DNA from: Balneolaceae bacterium
Lineage (GTDB): Bacteria > Bacteroidota > Rhodothermia > Balneolales > Balneolaceae
Length of the DNA stretch: 64,000 nt
Direction of reading: 5' to 3'
Assembly: GCA_040879905.1 (NCBI GenBank)
Contig: JBBDJK010000152.1
Span: 4,617-68,616, forward strand
The translations under genes were made by a program, and so were the position numbers. Below are positions 31,113-41,089 of this stretch, piece by piece (the stretch's first letter is position 1; every line of letters starts with the position of its first letter). The notes under the pieces are model-generated. The model saw nothing but the letters and a program-made list of their open reading frames with translations. It was not told the DNA's origin and did not search any database.

Positions 31113-32267
31113 TTGTTAAAAGAAAAATTAGCCATATTGGGTTCAACAGGCTCGATCGGAACACAGTCGCTTGAAATACTAAAGAAAAAAGGTGAACGAT
31201 TTGAAATTGTTGCTTTAACAGCAAATAACAATTTCCGACTCCTTGCTATACAGGCAAACGAATTCAAGCCCGATACCATCATTCTGGGGAATGAAGAGCA
31301 TCGGGAAGAGTTTGAAACATTGTTGAATTATCGGCCTGTGTATGTTGGTTATGGTAAAAAAGACCTTGAAAATTATACTGAGACAGAAGATTACGATTTC
31401 TTGTTGAACAGTCTTGTCGGTTTTGCCGGTTTTATGTCGACATACAATGCCCTAAAAAGAGGGAAAAAAGTGGCTCTTGCCAATAAAGAGTCATTGGTAG
31501 TTGGTGGGGAAATTCTTACAAGCTTACCGGCATTTAGGGAGGGAAAGTTAATCCCCATTGATTCAGAGCACTCTGCTATGTTGCAGTGCCTGATGGGTGA
31601 AAACCGGAACGATATGAAACGGCTAATTATAACTGCCAGTGGTGGCCCTTTTAAGGATTATACAAAAGATCAGATGAAATCTGTAACCGTTGAAAATGCA
31701 CTTCAACATCCAAATTGGGATATGGGTGCTAAAATTACCATCGATTCATCAACCATGATGAACAAAGGGCTTGAAATTATTGAAGCAAAATGGATATTTA
31801 ATATTCCGGTAGATAAAATACTCCCCATTATTCACCCTCAGAGCATTATACACTCGATTGTTGAGTTTTTCGACGGTTCATCAAAAGCACAAATGGGTCC
31901 ACCCGATATGAAAGTACCCATTCTTTATGCATTAACATATCCTGATCGAGTTGAGTATCCAAATCCAACGCTGGATTATTCAAAAGAGCATAACTTGGAG
32001 TTCTTTCCTGTAGATTATGAACTTTTTCCATGTTTAAAATTAGCCATGGATGCTGCAAAAGAGGGAGGTTTTGCACCGGCGATCCTAAATGCAGCAAATG
32101 AAGTTGCAGTTGAGAGGTTTTTAAAAAAGGAAATTCGCTATATTGACATAGCCGAGATCATAGAAACTACACTCATGTCGATTAGTAGAGATAAGTTATC
32201 GGATCCGCTTTCGTTATTGAGTATCGATGAGGAAACGCGCAAATTTGCAAATACCCTATTAAAATAG
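31113..32267 (+). CDS. dxr: 1-deoxy-D-xylulose-5-phosphate reductoisomerase
   Basis: GSTGSIG, LANKESLV, PIDSEH, HPNWDMGAKITIDS, NAANE. Confidence 0.97.
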   Translation: MLKEKLAILGSTGSIGTQSLEILKKKGERFEIVALTANNNFRLLAIQANEFKPDTIILGNEEHREEFETLLNYRPVYVGYGKKDLENYTETEDYDFLLNSLVGFAGFMSTYNALKRGKKVALANKESLVVGGEILTSLPAFREGKLIPIDSEHSAMLQCLMGENRNDMKRLIITASGGPFKDYTKDQMKSVTVENALQHPNWDMGAKITIDSSTMMNKGLEIIEAKWIFNIPVDKILPIIHPQSIIHSIVEFFDGSSKAQMGPPDMKVPILYALTYPDRVEYPNPTLDYSKEHNLEFFPVDYELFPCLKLAMDAAKEGGFAPAILNAANEVAVERFLKKEIRYIDIAEIIETTLMSISRDKLSDPLSLLSIDEETRKFANTLLK

Positions 32268-32270
32268 ATT

Positions 32271-33617
32271 ATGGATTGGTTTTTAAGTATATCAACGACG
32301 ATACTGATTTTTATCGCAGCAATTTTTATTCTTGTTACGATACATGAATTAGGCCACTTTTTGGCAGCAAAATTTTTCAAAATGAGGGTTGATAAATTTT
32401 CGATTGGATTTCCTCCTAAAATATTCGGGTTCAGAAAAGGGGAGACTGAATATGTGATCGGTGCCACTCCATTGGGAGGTTATGTACAGATTGCCGGTAT
32501 GATTGATGAATCTATGGATGACAGTTTTATTGATCAGGAAGTTCAACCTGACGAATTCAGAAGCCGGCCTGTTTGGCAGCGAACAGTTGTTATCTTAGCC
32601 GGTGTTGTTTTTAATATGATCCTGGCGGTTGTGATTTATATGGGGATGGCCTGGAATTATGGAGAAACGGTCATACCAATCGATTCAATATCCGGTATTT
32701 ATGTACAAGAAGAGTCTGTAGCACATCAGATAGGATTACAAACAGGAGATCAGGTTGTTGGAATAAATGGCGAGGAGGTAGAATATTTTAATCAACTTTT
32801 TTCTCCATCTGAATTAACTGATCGTGATCTTACTTTTTTGGTACGCAGAGAGGGTGAACTCCTGACAATCAACACTCCCCCTGATTTTCTGGATCTTATA
32901 AATCGCGAAGGTGGATTTATTGATTTAAACAACACCTTACCCAGTAAAATTTCCCGTGTAATGCCGGGCTCACCCGCTGAAGAAGCGGGAATCACTAATG
33001 GTGATCAGATTGTATCAGCTAACGGAGAACCGATTCAATATTGGGTTCAAATTGTGGAAGTGATCAGAAATGCGGATGGTCCTACAAATATTGAGGTGTT
33101 GAGGGGAAATGAGATCGTACAATTGACCGTAGAAGCGGATCCTGAAACGAATCAAATCGGCATTCAATCATATCAGGCATCAGATTTGTTTGATTATGAA
33201 ATCAAAACATACGGTATTGCTCAATCGGTAGTGGTTGGATTCAGCCGAACTAATGAAACCTTTTTTGGAATTATTAAAGGGATTGGAAGACTTTTTTCAG
33301 GTGACATCTCAATAAGAGAGAATTTAGGGGGGCCGGTAGCTATTGCCAATATTACCAAAGAAGCCACTGACAGAGGTGGGATGGAAGGTTTTTGGAATAT
33401 CACTGCTTTTTTGAGTGTTACTTTGGCGATTATGAATATGCTCCCTATACCCGCATTGGATGGCGGTCATTTTATGTTTTTGGTTTATGAGGGAATCACC
33501 AGGCGTGAACCACCACCGAAAGTGCGTATGGGACTGCAACAACTCGGTTTCATTTTTCTCATCGGACTTTTTATTCTAATCACATTTAATGACATACTGC
33601 GTACAATTGGGAGTTAA
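32271..33617 (+). CDS. rseP: RIP metalloprotease RseP
   Basis: HELGH, two PDZ-like regions, NMLPIPALDGG. Confidence 0.95.
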   Translation: MDWFLSISTTILIFIAAIFILVTIHELGHFLAAKFFKMRVDKFSIGFPPKIFGFRKGETEYVIGATPLGGYVQIAGMIDESMDDSFIDQEVQPDEFRSRPVWQRTVVILAGVVFNMILAVVIYMGMAWNYGETVIPIDSISGIYVQEESVAHQIGLQTGDQVVGINGEEVEYFNQLFSPSELTDRDLTFLVRREGELLTINTPPDFLDLINREGGFIDLNNTLPSKISRVMPGSPAEEAGITNGDQIVSANGEPIQYWVQIVEVIRNADGPTNIEVLRGNEIVQLTVEADPETNQIGIQSYQASDLFDYEIKTYGIAQSVVVGFSRTNETFFGIIKGIGRLFSGDISIRENLGGPVAIANITKEATDRGGMEGFWNITAFLSVTLAIMNMLPIPALDGGHFMFLVYEGITRREPPPKVRMGLQQLGFIFLIGLFILITFNDILRTIGS

Positions 33618-33620
33618 TGA

Positions 33621-34280
33621 ATGATTGCTAAAGAGGGATTTACTACAATTATTGTTGTTTTCAGTTTCAGTATCGTTGTTGGAATTTTTGTGTCATATGG
33701 GCCGGGTTGGTTGGGAGCTATCGTTTATCCACTATTAATACTTCTCTGCGGTCTTATTTTATATTTTTTTCGGGATCCGGATAGATTTCCTCCTGAAGAC
33801 CCGAATCTGATCATCTCACCTGCTGATGGTAAAGTGGTTCTCATACAGAATGTAGAAGAGAATGAATATGTAAAAGGTCCGGTGACTCAAATCAGCATTT
33901 TTTTATCGCCCTTAAACGTGCATGTCAATAGAAATCCGGTTTCGGGAGCTCTTGAATACCTAAAATATTATCCGGGTAAATATCTGATGGCCTGGGAAGA
34001 TAATGCTTCCGAAATGAATGAAAGGGCTCATTTTGGAGTATATCACGAAAGTGGCACCAAGATATTATACAAGCAAATTACCGGCTTTATGGCTCGACGG
34101 ATAGTATATCATGTAGAAGAAGGAGAAAATCTGATTGGAGGGGAAAGGTTTGGGATTATGAAGTTCGGATCCAGAATGGATCTGCTTTTACCCGGTAATT
34201 GTGATATTAAAGTGAAAAAAGGTGACTTTACTATTGCAGGGGAATCGATTATCGCTGAAATTAAACAAGGTGATGATTAA
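33621..34280 (+). CDS. psd: Phosphatidylserine decarboxylase (short type)
   Basis: FFRDP, SPADG, IFLSPLNVH, KFGSRMD autocleavage motif. Confidence 0.93.
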   Translation: MIAKEGFTTIIVVFSFSIVVGIFVSYGPGWLGAIVYPLLILLCGLILYFFRDPDRFPPEDPNLIISPADGKVVLIQNVEENEYVKGPVTQISIFLSPLNVHVNRNPVSGALEYLKYYPGKYLMAWEDNASEMNERAHFGVYHESGTKILYKQITGFMARRIVYHVEEGENLIGGERFGIMKFGSRMDLLLPGNCDIKVKKGDFTIAGESIIAEIKQGDD

Positions 34281-34358
34281 ATTGTGTAGATCGTTGCATC
34301 TTATTTCTCTCATTCGTCTTTCAATTTTGAATCTTACTTAAGAGAATCCACATAAAAC

Positions 34359-35171
34359 GTGATGAAATACCCTATCCAAAAAAAGAGATTTCGGAATCGG
34401 ATAACCAGAAAAAAATTCAAACCGATCCCCAAGATGGTTGTCCCGAGTTTCTTTACACTTATGAATTTGTTTTGTGGATTTCTTTCGATCCTGATGGTAT
34501 TTGAGGGAAATTTTAAGATGGGTGCGTGGCTCATCGTTCTTGCAGGTATGTTTGATGTAATGGATGGTTTTATGGCAAGATTGACCAATTCAACCAGCGA
34601 ATTTGGAATGGAGTTGGATTCATTAAGCGATATCGTCTCCTTTGGTGTGGCACCGGGTGTACTGGTTTATGCATTTGCGTTTCATGAATTGCAAGTTGCC
34701 GGACTTTTATTAAGTGCTCTGGCTCCAATATGTGGATCTATACGATTAGCGAGATATAATATTGAGTCTAAATTGGGTGAACTGGAGTATTTTAGGGGTT
34801 TGCCATCACCTGCATTTGCCATCATGCTGGCAGCTTTTTATCTGACATCCGTTAATCGGATGGAATGGTTTGACGGCCTTAACCAGGGGGTCATCTCTGT
34901 GTTGGTTCCTGTTGTCGTTCTCCTGTCATTACTGATGATTAGCACCATCCCATTTGATAAGATTCCAAAATTTGACAGAGAGTCGATTAAATTATATAAA
35001 AACAGGCTGATCCTGATCTTTATCTATTTTCTGATCATTATTTTTCTTCAAGATATCGGCTTAATGATTGTTTTCTCTTTCTTTATTGTAAAAGGCCTGG
35101 CATTAGGATTGTATATTTTTTGGAAACAGGCATTCACAGACGATCCTGACCCAATGGAAGAAGGTATTTAA
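34359..35171 (+). CDS. pssA: CDP-diacylglycerol--serine O-phosphatidyltransferase
   Basis: D..DG..AR.....S.FG.ELDSL.D.VSFGVAP, RLARYN, F.GLP.P. Confidence 0.93.
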   Translation: MMKYPIQKKRFRNRITRKKFKPIPKMVVPSFFTLMNLFCGFLSILMVFEGNFKMGAWLIVLAGMFDVMDGFMARLTNSTSEFGMELDSLSDIVSFGVAPGVLVYAFAFHELQVAGLLLSALAPICGSIRLARYNIESKLGELEYFRGLPSPAFAIMLAAFYLTSVNRMEWFDGLNQGVISVLVPVVVLLSLLMISTIPFDKIPKFDRESIKLYKNRLILIFIYFLIIIFLQDIGLMIVFSFFIVKGLALGLYIFWKQAFTDDPDPMEEGI

Positions 35172-35182
35172 AAGTATTCTTA

Positions 35183-35695
35183 TTATTTATCCGACCGTTC
35201 GAATTGAATCATTTGAAGAAAATTAAAGATTTTGCCTGCGTTTTCTTCCGTCAATGGTATGACACGTCCATTTACTTTATTCAGATAGATCCAGTCGCTC
35301 TCATTTTCACGTCTTAGGCGAATACATCTGTCACTCTGCATAATATCATTATAGACACTTCTGTTAGGCATTTCGTCGATTTTTAAGTGAATCAATTCAT
35401 GAATACCCCATTGTTCAGAAAACACGGGTTTATTTCGAACATTGTAGTCAATTTGAATGGTATTGCCATCAATCTGAGTAAGGACTATTTCGATACGTCC
35501 ATCATTAACTTTAAATAAGCTGAGAAGACCCAGTGCAAAAAAAGCAAAAGCGAGCAAACGCATATATCCTTCAAACAGAATATCAGTTGTTGAGAGATAA
35601 ACTATAAACAAAACAAGGGATAACAGAATACTCAAAACGGCTGTTAATGGCCAAAATCGTGAGTATTTTTCATAAATGATCAGTTCATTACTCAT
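35183..35695 (-). CDS. Hypothetical membrane protein (2 TM plus soluble domain)
   Basis: 170-aa ORF, ATGA-coupled to the upstream gene. Confidence 0.7.
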   Translation of the reverse strand: MSNELIIYEKYSRFWPLTAVLSILLSLVLFIVYLSTTDILFEGYMRLLAFAFFALGLLSLFKVNDGRIEIVLTQIDGNTIQIDYNVRNKPVFSEQWGIHELIHLKIDEMPNRSVYNDIMQSDRCIRLRRENESDWIYLNKVNGRVIPLTEENAGKIFNFLQMIQFERSDK

Positions 35696-36771
35696 GATAA
35701 AATTCGTTTATCGATAATTTTACCGGTAGTGGTCAGGTAGTGATCGTGCAAATTTGCGGTCAGGCAAGAGTGAATCGGACATATCCAGAGGGTTTCATTC
35801 TCAAATAATTTAGGTTGGTTCGTATTGACTGTGCCATGTTCTTGAGAAAGAGCCGATAAATAGGAATTTGCTTCAACGGTAATTATTTTTTCTGAGTAAT
35901 TTATTACCTGGCCAAAGCATCTATTTCCGTTGATTACCAAAGAATCTTTCGATAAATGAACGGCACCACCGTGGACAATTGCAGCGGATCCATCTCCAAT
36001 AACCTGTGCAACAGGAACCGAGCAGAACAGGGCGACATCATCAATGTTACAGGAACCGATTTGAACCTGCATCCAATCATAAAACACAAAATTACCGGGG
36101 CTTAACTCATCAATAGGGCCAAAATCGTTCAAAACGGACGTAGATGGAGTGTCACCCATTAAAAGAGATGCCTGTGGGAACGACCTCTTCAAATCGGTTA
36201 GAATGCCTATTACAGGCATTATAGATGAGCGTATCTGATCAATACCTGTGGATTGATAGGTTCTGCCATCATGAGTATAGAAACCATAAAAAGAGCAGTT
36301 ATCCAATCGATCACACGTTTGAATTAAATCTTCAATTAAGTTGTGATTTTGATAGTGAATCCCACTTCTCCCAAAACCGGGATCGATCTCAAGAATGACT
36401 TTAAAGGGGCGATGCAAATTTTTTGATATCAGTTCTAAATCTTCTGTCCGGTTGACAAAAAGTCTTAAAGAAGCTTTTTTTTCCAGCTTGCAAAGTGCCG
36501 GAATTTGTAGAGGATAAAAAGGAAAGGCAATTGTTATATCATCCCAACCATCTGATGCAAAGTAGGAAGCCATATCTACTGATGAGACAGTAATCCCTTT
36601 AATTCCCGCTTCACGGAACCATCTGCCTACTTCAAGAGATTGGTGAGTTTTAAAATGAGGCCTTAGTTTAATCTTTAATTTGGTTGCTTTTTGGGTCATT
36701 CTTTGGATGTTACGCTTGCAACGAAATTCATCCAGTATCAGTTGAGGTCTAACGGTATTGAAATTTTTCAT
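35692..36771 (-). CDS. PLP-dependent fold-III enzyme (D-threonine aldolase/D-serine dehydratase-like)
   Basis: LRPHFKTH (PLP Lys), GDTPS, PGNFVFYD, SQEHG, PIHSC. Confidence 0.88.
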   Translation of the reverse strand: MKNFNTVRPQLILDEFRCKRNIQRMTQKATKLKIKLRPHFKTHQSLEVGRWFREAGIKGITVSSVDMASYFASDGWDDITIAFPFYPLQIPALCKLEKKASLRLFVNRTEDLELISKNLHRPFKVILEIDPGFGRSGIHYQNHNLIEDLIQTCDRLDNCSFYGFYTHDGRTYQSTGIDQIRSSIMPVIGILTDLKRSFPQASLLMGDTPSTSVLNDFGPIDELSPGNFVFYDWMQVQIGSCNIDDVALFCSVPVAQVIGDGSAAIVHGGAVHLSKDSLVINGNRCFGQVINYSEKIITVEANSYLSALSQEHGTVNTNQPKLFENETLWICPIHSCLTANLHDHYLTTTGKIIDKRILS

Positions 36772-36817
36772 GAATCAGCAAATAATTATAACGTTATGGA
36801 TACACATAAAATAGGAA

Positions 36818-37306
36818 ATGCACACAAGCTTAAAACATCTTATTTTAAGTCTTATTAAAAAAATTGAAAAATTGGGAACGAGCAGGGAAATAAGAGTTAT
36901 CGGACGACTGGAAAAAATATTACTTCCGTCTCTGTCAAAATTTACACTGGATGCTAAGATCGATACAGGTGCATATACTTCCAGTCTTCATTGCCATAAT
37001 CTGGAATTATTTAAGGTAAAAGATAGGCAATGGGTAAAATTTTATGTTTTAGACCCGTCGCACCCGGAATATGATGATACCCCATTTGAAAGTCCGGTTT
37101 ATAAAATTAAAAACATAAGAAGTTCAAATGGAATTATTTCAGAACGTGTCATCATCAAACAGAACGTCCTGTTTTGTGGCGAAAAAAATAAAATACAACT
37201 GTCGCTTTCAAACCGGTCGGATATGAAGTTTCCGGTCTTAATTGGACGGCGATTTTTATCCGGTAAATACATCGTTGATGTGTCTAAAAAATTTTTATAT
37301 AAGTAA
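36818..37306 (+). CDS. RimK-associated retropepsin-like protease (RimB-like)
   Basis: IGRLE, AKIDTGAYTSSLH, RSSNG..ER, R..M.FPVLIGR. Confidence 0.88.
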   Translation: MHTSLKHLILSLIKKIEKLGTSREIRVIGRLEKILLPSLSKFTLDAKIDTGAYTSSLHCHNLELFKVKDRQWVKFYVLDPSHPEYDDTPFESPVYKIKNIRSSNGIISERVIIKQNVLFCGEKNKIQLSLSNRSDMKFPVLIGRRFLSGKYIVDVSKKFLYK

Positions 37307-37315
37307 ATTAGTACT

Positions 37316-38257
37316 ATGGAAGACAAAAAGTTAAGAATTGCAATATTATCCAGAAATCGAGCCCTTTATTCTACAAAGAGGCTCATTGAGGCGATTGAAA
37401 AAAGGGGGCATCGTGCGGTCGTATTAGATCATTTAAAATGTGATATTGTCATAGAGCAGGACCGGCCAACAATATATTATCATGGAGAAGAAGTTAAGAA
37501 TGTGTCTGCTGTGATTCCAAGAATTGGAGCCTCTGTTACGTTTTATGGTGCTGCTGTTGTCAGGCAATTTGAAATGATGAATATTCCTACTGCGATTGAA
37601 TCTCAAGCTTTGGTACGATCCAGGGATAAACTAAGAAGTTTGCAGATATTAGCCAGATCCAATATTGGTATGCCAAAAACGGTCTTTACAAACTATAGCA
37701 AAGAAGTAGACAAAATTATAGATAGTGTAGGAGGGGCTCCATTGATCGTTAAACTATTGGAGGGGACGCAAGGGTATGGTGTTGTACTTGCACCGACTAA
37801 AAAAGCAGCAGAGTCTATGATAGAAGCATTTCACAGTATGAAAGCCCGGGTCATTGTACAGGAGTTTATATCAGAGGCCAAAGGTGCGGATATCAGGGCA
37901 TTTGTTATTGGTAACCGAGTTGTTGGTGCGATGAAAAGACAAGGGAAAGAGGGTGAATTCCGATCCAATTTACACCAGGGAGGAAGTGGAGTATTGATAA
38001 AACTCAGTAAAAAGGAGAGAGAAGTGGCTTTAACAGCCGCTAAATCGATGAATTTAAGTATTGCAGGGGTCGATATGCTTCAATCAGACCGGGGACCTTT
38101 GGTTTTAGAAGTGAATTCATCACCCGGGCTTGAAGGAATCGAAAAAGCAACTCATAAAGATATAGCGACTGAAATTGTTAAATATATGGAGCTTTTAATT
38201 GAACAGTCGAAAGTGCGTAAAAAATCCGGAAGAAGAAAAATTAAGAGTAATGCTTGA
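37316..38257 (+). CDS. rimK: RimK-family ATP-grasp alpha-L-glutamate ligase
   Basis: [49 protein letters not shown]. Confidence 0.94.
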   Translation: MEDKKLRIAILSRNRALYSTKRLIEAIEKRGHRAVVLDHLKCDIVIEQDRPTIYYHGEEVKNVSAVIPRIGASVTFYGAAVVRQFEMMNIPTAIESQALVRSRDKLRSLQILARSNIGMPKTVFTNYSKEVDKIIDSVGGAPLIVKLLEGTQGYGVVLAPTKKAAESMIEAFHSMKARVIVQEFISEAKGADIRAFVIGNRVVGAMKRQGKEGEFRSNLHQGGSGVLIKLSKKEREVALTAAKSMNLSIAGVDMLQSDRGPLVLEVNSSPGLEGIEKATHKDIATEIVKYMELLIEQSKVRKKSGRRKIKSNA

Positions 38258-39209
38258 ACAGATGCATATTAATGGTCAGAAAATTGCAAGGGGAGAGGAT
38301 AAGCAGCTTTATCTGCGTATAGCCAAACTGCCTACGCAGACCAATATTGATTTACCGGTCCGAGTGATTCGTGCGAAAGAACCCGGCCCGGTACTGTTAT
38401 TATCTGGAGGTTTACATGGTGATGAAATCAATGGGATCGAAATTGTAAGGAGGATGCTATCCAAAAGGCTTGTTATTCCGGATAAGGGGACAATCATAGC
38501 GATTCCATTGATGAATATATACGGTTTTATACAGAATGTTCGTGGAGTTCCGGATGGGAAAGATATAAACCGTAGTTTTCCCGGTAGTAAATCGGGGTCA
38601 TTGGCCAAATTGGTTGCATATACAATAATGAATGAAATTATTCCAAAGATCGATTATGGGATTGATTTTCATACGGGAGGCTCCAGTCGATCCAATCTAT
38701 CTCAGATTCGTTGTTTAATTGATGACGAGGTAAATCTTGAATTGGCGAAAGCGTTTGGGCCACCGGTCATACTTCATTCACCATTAATTGATCAATCCTT
38801 TCGAAAGGCAGCGGCAAAAAAGAAGAAAAAGATATTGGTTTTTGAAGTTGGTGAATCACTTCGATTTGATGAGAAAGGGATTCTTGATGGGATTGAAGGT
38901 ACATTAAGAGTTATGAAACATCTTGGGATGAGAAGTACAGATAGTGCTGTTAATCATTATAAAACAGAGACATATAGTAATTCTGTTTGGGTAAGGGCAC
39001 CAATGGCTGGATTATACAGTCCGAAGGTGAAATTAGGTGATCATATAAAAAAGAGACAAGTATTAGGTTCGATAACAGATCCATTTGGGATAGATATAGA
39101 TAATATCAAATCAAGATACGATGGTCGTGTTATTGGAATTAATTACTGTCCAATAGTTCATAAAGGTGATGCAATACTGCATGTAGCCACAAATCAAATA
39201 AATTCATGA
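38250..39209 (+). CDS. Succinylglutamate desuccinylase/aspartoacylase family (M14-like) deacylase
   Basis: [24 protein letters not shown]; ATG 38250 overlaps the rimK stop. Confidence 0.9.
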   Translation: MLEQMHINGQKIARGEDKQLYLRIAKLPTQTNIDLPVRVIRAKEPGPVLLLSGGLHGDEINGIEIVRRMLSKRLVIPDKGTIIAIPLMNIYGFIQNVRGVPDGKDINRSFPGSKSGSLAKLVAYTIMNEIIPKIDYGIDFHTGGSSRSNLSQIRCLIDDEVNLELAKAFGPPVILHSPLIDQSFRKAAAKKKKKILVFEVGESLRFDEKGILDGIEGTLRVMKHLGMRSTDSAVNHYKTETYSNSVWVRAPMAGLYSPKVKLGDHIKKRQVLGSITDPFGIDIDNIKSRYDGRVIGINYCPIVHKGDAILHVATNQINS

Positions 39210-39544
39210 GATCAGATTTAATATTTCATATCGTATCTAAAAGGAGATGGCGAGACACAAATAAAGATGGAGTTTATCGGCCGGAAGAGTTAGAAGATGA
39301 GGATCAGATAGAGTGTGTGTGGCCGGATCGTTTGAATGACTATTTAAATGAAAAATACAAAGGCAGAAAGAACCTGTATATACTGGTGATTGATGTAAAC
39401 AGATTATCGGTACGTGTTACAGGTCAAATCGGCAATGATATAGTATATGCCGGAAAAGAGATTCACAATGATGCGGTACTTGATAAGATTCGTATTGATT
39501 GTGGAAAAGACGGGTTATTTGATCTGGATGTATCCAATAAATAA
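39206..39544 (+). CDS. DUF952-like protein
   Basis: LIFHI....W...G.Y.P..L N-terminus; L.ILVID. Confidence 0.6.
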   Translation: MRSDLIFHIVSKRRWRDTNKDGVYRPEELEDEDQIECVWPDRLNDYLNEKYKGRKNLYILVIDVNRLSVRVTGQIGNDIVYAGKEIHNDAVLDKIRIDCGKDGLFDLDVSNK

Positions 39545-39592
39545 ACTGAGTGAGTAAAGAGGCCATATCTGAAGAGTAATACAGTAACATAA

Positions 39593-39620
39593 CTGTCGTA
39601 TAATATATATTATGTAAAGT
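39593..39620. other. dif: dif-like XerC/XerD chromosome dimer resolution site
   Basis: CTGTCGTATAA-TATATA-TTATGTAAAGT versus E. coli dif GGTGCGCATAA-TGTATA-TTATGTTAAAT; intergenic, at the gene-orientation switch. Confidence 0.85.
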
Positions 39621-39920
39621 AGATATATGGTTGTATACCCTTATATTAGAAATACTTCTTTATCACCCTCCACCCTTTGTTGATTATCAACTCATAAATC
39701 AATTTTAAGACTACAGATCAATAGTTAACCTATCTACTCACATTCAAATATGCAGACTATATAAACCTTACATTGAATGTGACAAAACCGATTAACTCAT
39801 AATCAGTGACTCGCTCCACTGCCCCGGCAACCTTGATCAACCCAACCGAAAGTTCAAGAAATGAATGATTAATAGTTATCAGCTTTAACACTTCAAGACT
39901 TTTATTTTAAAAAACTGTAT

Positions 39921-39962
39921 GCTGAAAGCTGACGGCTGATAGCTGATAGCTAAAAGCTTAAA
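39921..39962. repeat. Degenerate heptamer tandem repeat (GCTGAnA x6)
   Basis: gctgaaa gctgacg gctgata gctgata gctaaaa gcttaaa. Confidence 0.85.
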
Positions 39963-40003
39963 TCATATTCCAACTAAGAGACATTGACAAATAGATCCCT
40001 CTC

Positions 40004-40462
40004 CTATTCTTTTAAAGCATTATAGATGGCCTTAAAATCGGGTAAATTATCGGCATCCTCCAGTATTTCAGCGTATTCAACTTCCATATCGCTGTTTATG
40101 ATAAATGCTGATCGCTTTGCAACACCTTTCATACCATAAAAATCGTTGTCTAAGGCTCCAAACGATTTGGTTACCTCTTTATTGAAGTCACTCAGCAGTG
40201 GAAAGTTTAGATTATTACTTTTCTTAAATTCCCTCAATGTAAAAAAACTGTCAACACTTATCCCAACTACATTGGCATTCATATAGTTATAAGTTTTCAT
40301 ATTATCTCTCATTGTACACATTTCATCTGTACATGTTCCGGAAAAAGCAACCGGAAAAAATAGCAAAAGTGCTTTTCCTCCTTTTGTAAGCTCATTCAAT
40401 GACAGATCTTTACCTTCACTATTTTTAAGTGTAAAATCTTCAGTTTTATCTCCTATTTTCAT
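40004..40462 (-). CDS. Peroxiredoxin (AhpC/TSA family)
   Basis: FFPVAFSGTCTDEMC, GISVDS, LLSDFN, RSAFII. Confidence 0.92.
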   Translation of the reverse strand: MKIGDKTEDFTLKNSEGKDLSLNELTKGGKALLLFFPVAFSGTCTDEMCTMRDNMKTYNYMNANVVGISVDSFFTLREFKKSNNLNFPLLSDFNKEVTKSFGALDNDFYGMKGVAKRSAFIINSDMEVEYAEILEDADNLPDFKAIYNALKE

Positions 40463-40474
40463 AGTTGTAAGTCA

Positions 40475-41071
40475 TTATATGTTAACTTTAGGTTGTAAAC
40501 TTGATGTAAAAGAGTGTACAAGTACTACTACACCAACTGCCAAAAGAACTTCCCAAATGGATTGATTTACCGGTATCATATTTTGTACAAACCAATACAA
40601 CAAGTAAGCTAAAAATATCAATATCAATCCAACGATCGCTGATTTATGACCTAATTTTACTTCATGATCATCCATCATTAAAAACAGATAGACGACCATA
40701 GCAATTCCCTGTGTGGCCATATATATGATATCTTTAATCAAATAGGTATCAATGATCATGATAAATGAAAAAGGAATCAGTAAGGGTGTATAGACTAACA
40801 GGTATGGGTATCTGAAAATGGATGGCCTAAATATTCTTACCAATATTAATTCAGATGACAGTATCACAGATATAATGATGATATGTACAATATTGTGATA
40901 TAACTGTTCATTAAAATTAAACTCTCCTGAATAGATAATCTGACTCAATAACCACAAAGATAAAGCTACTATCAAGCTGATTTTTAAGTCTTTATATCGA
41001 TCAGATATCTTAGCGAATACTAAATAGATGCAAACCACTGAAGAAAGGAATAAAAAGAGTTGTCCCCACAC
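40475..41071 (-). CDS. Hypothetical polytopic membrane protein
   Basis: 198 aa, about 7 hydrophobic segments, within an operon. Confidence 0.65.
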   Translation of the reverse strand: MWGQLFLFLSSVVCIYLVFAKISDRYKDLKISLIVALSLWLLSQIIYSGEFNFNEQLYHNIVHIIIISVILSSELILVRIFRPSIFRYPYLLVYTPLLIPFSFIMIIDTYLIKDIIYMATQGIAMVVYLFLMMDDHEVKLGHKSAIVGLILIFLAYLLYWFVQNMIPVNQSIWEVLLAVGVVVLVHSFTSSLQPKVNI

Positions 41072-41089
41072 GATGATGATTCCTTGAGT

